Shown here one piece after another: positions 35,150 to 36,872 of a DNA stretch of 36,872 bases (positions are counted from its first letter, which is position 1; every line of letters begins with the position of its first letter). The position numbers and the translations under genes are program-made. The notes under the pieces are model-generated. The model worked only from the letters and a program-made list of their open reading frames with translations. It was not told where the DNA came from and searched no databases. The DNA is from Welwitschia mirabilis (lineage: Eukaryota). The stretch lies in contig JBOZIK010000001.1 of assembly GCA_051453625.1 (NCBI GenBank), positions 1,196,395-1,233,266 of the forward strand, written 5' to 3'.

Positions 35150-36872
35150 GAATTAGGTTTATTCTTAGTTTATAGAATCTTTAAAGAAATAAAATTTATT
35201 ATATTTATATTTTGGACGAAATCCAACACTAATTTATTCATAAGTTTTTTAAAATTTTTATGTTTTAAAAAGTTCTTATATTTATATTAAGTTTTTAAAA
35301 AAATACTTTTAAATTAATTTTTTAAGATAAAGCATAAATTAAGTATTTTTAAATTTATTAAATTTAAGAAATTTATTATGTTTACATTAAACTTTTTAAA
35401 TTAAGTTTAAATTAAGTATTTTTTTAAAGATTAGGTTTATTATAGAGTCCACTCTATTAAGTTTAGATTAAATTTTTTAAATTAAGTTTTTAAGATAAAG
35501 TAATTTTTTTAAAAATTAATAGTTTTACAAATTTTATTATATTTACATTAATTTTTTTAAAATTAAGTTTAAATTAAGTTTTTAAAATAAGTGTAAATTA
35601 AGTTTTTTAAATTTACTAAGTTTAAAAAATTTATTATGTTTACATTAATTTTTTTAAACTAAGTTTAAATTTAATTTTTTTTAAAAATTAGGTTAATTAG
35701 AAGGTTAACTCTATTATATTTATATTTTGTAAGAAATCCAACACTAATTTGTTTATAGGTTTTTTAAAATTATTAAGTTAAAAAAATTACTATATTTCTA
35801 TTAAGTTATTTTTAAGTTAGATTTAAATAAATTTTTTAAGATAAAATATAAATTAAGTGTTTTTAAATTTATTAAGTCTAACAAATTTATTATGTTTACA
35901 TTAATGTTGTTTTAATTAAGTTTAAATTAAGTATTTTTTAAAATTAGGTTTATTATAGAGTCAACTCTATAAATTTAAATTAAGTTTTTTAAATTAAATT
36001 TTCCAAATAAAGTTTAAAGCAAGATTTTTTAAAATTAATAGGTTTACAAACTTTATTATATTTATAATAAGGTTTATTAAAAAATTAAGTTTAAATTAAG
36101 TTTTTAAAATAAAGTATAAATTAAGTTTTTAAAGTTACTAAATTTAAAAAATTTATTATGTTTTAAGTTTTTTTAAAATTAAGTTTTTAAAAAATTAGGA
36201 TTATTATAAAGTTAAATTTATTATATTTATATTTTGGAAGAAATTCAACACCAATTCATTCATAGTTTTTTTAAAATTATTAGGTTTAAACGATTGATTA
36301 TATTTATATTAAGTTTTTTTCAAAACTAGATTTATATTAATTTTTTTAGATAAAGCATAAATTGAGTGGTTTTAGATTTATTAAGTTTAACAAATTTATT
36401 ATGTTTACATTAACTTTTTTAAAATTAAGTTTAAATTAATTTTTTTAAAAATTAGCTTTGTTTAGAGCGTCGACTCTTTTAAGTTTAAATTAAGTTTTTT
36501 AAATTAAGTTTTAATATAAACTAAGTTTTTTAAAAATTAATATGTTTTAAAAGATCATTATATTTACATCACATTTTTTTAAATTTACATTTTTAAGATA
36601 AAGTGTAAATTAAGTTTTTTAAAATTTACTAAGTTTAAAAAAGTTATTACATTTACATTATAAAATTAAATTTAAATTGAGTTTTTTTAAAAAATTTAGG
36701 TTTATTAGAGAGTAACTCTATTAAAGGAGTTTACATTAGATTTTTATGAATTAAGTTTAAAAAATTTAAAAAATTAAGGTTTTTAAGTTAAGTTTCAATA
36801 ATTTAAAAAAAATTAGGGTCTATTACATTAAGTTTTTCTTATATTATGTTAGATAAAATTAATATTATTTTT
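35150..36872. repeat. AT-rich tandem satellite, ~510 bp higher-order unit made of two ~255 bp halves
   Basis: Marker aaat(c/t)caacac at 35219, 35734 and 36241; marker ttagg/ttagc..agagt at 35153, 35431, 35688, 35944, 36195, 36452 and 36696. Confidence 0.9.

Overview
Very AT-rich, CpG-depleted plant nuclear DNA from a gapped scaffold (nine N runs). It consists almost entirely of decayed transposable elements, with no intact protein-coding gene, RNA gene or CRISPR array. In order: (1) a minus-strand Athila-type Ty3/gypsy element encoding gag-protease but no adjacent pol (1-5440), inserted into the 5' LTR of (2) a related plus-strand Athila-type gag-pol element (5441-16649) that has two diverged RNaseH-integrase copies; (3) CACTA/En-Spm transposase remnants (about 16960-20700); (4) a roughly 10 kb segment bounded by CACTA-type termini and subterminal repeats (23156-33211), carrying a chromovirus-like RNaseH-integrase relic, an intron-containing ABC1-kinase gene fragment and a possible LRR fragment, i.e. 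a candidate Pack-CACTA; (5) an AT-rich higher-order satellite (about 35150 to the end). I see no convincing new biological system. The most interesting item is the candidate gene-capturing CACTA element. All protein assignments come from motif recognition by eye, not database searches.
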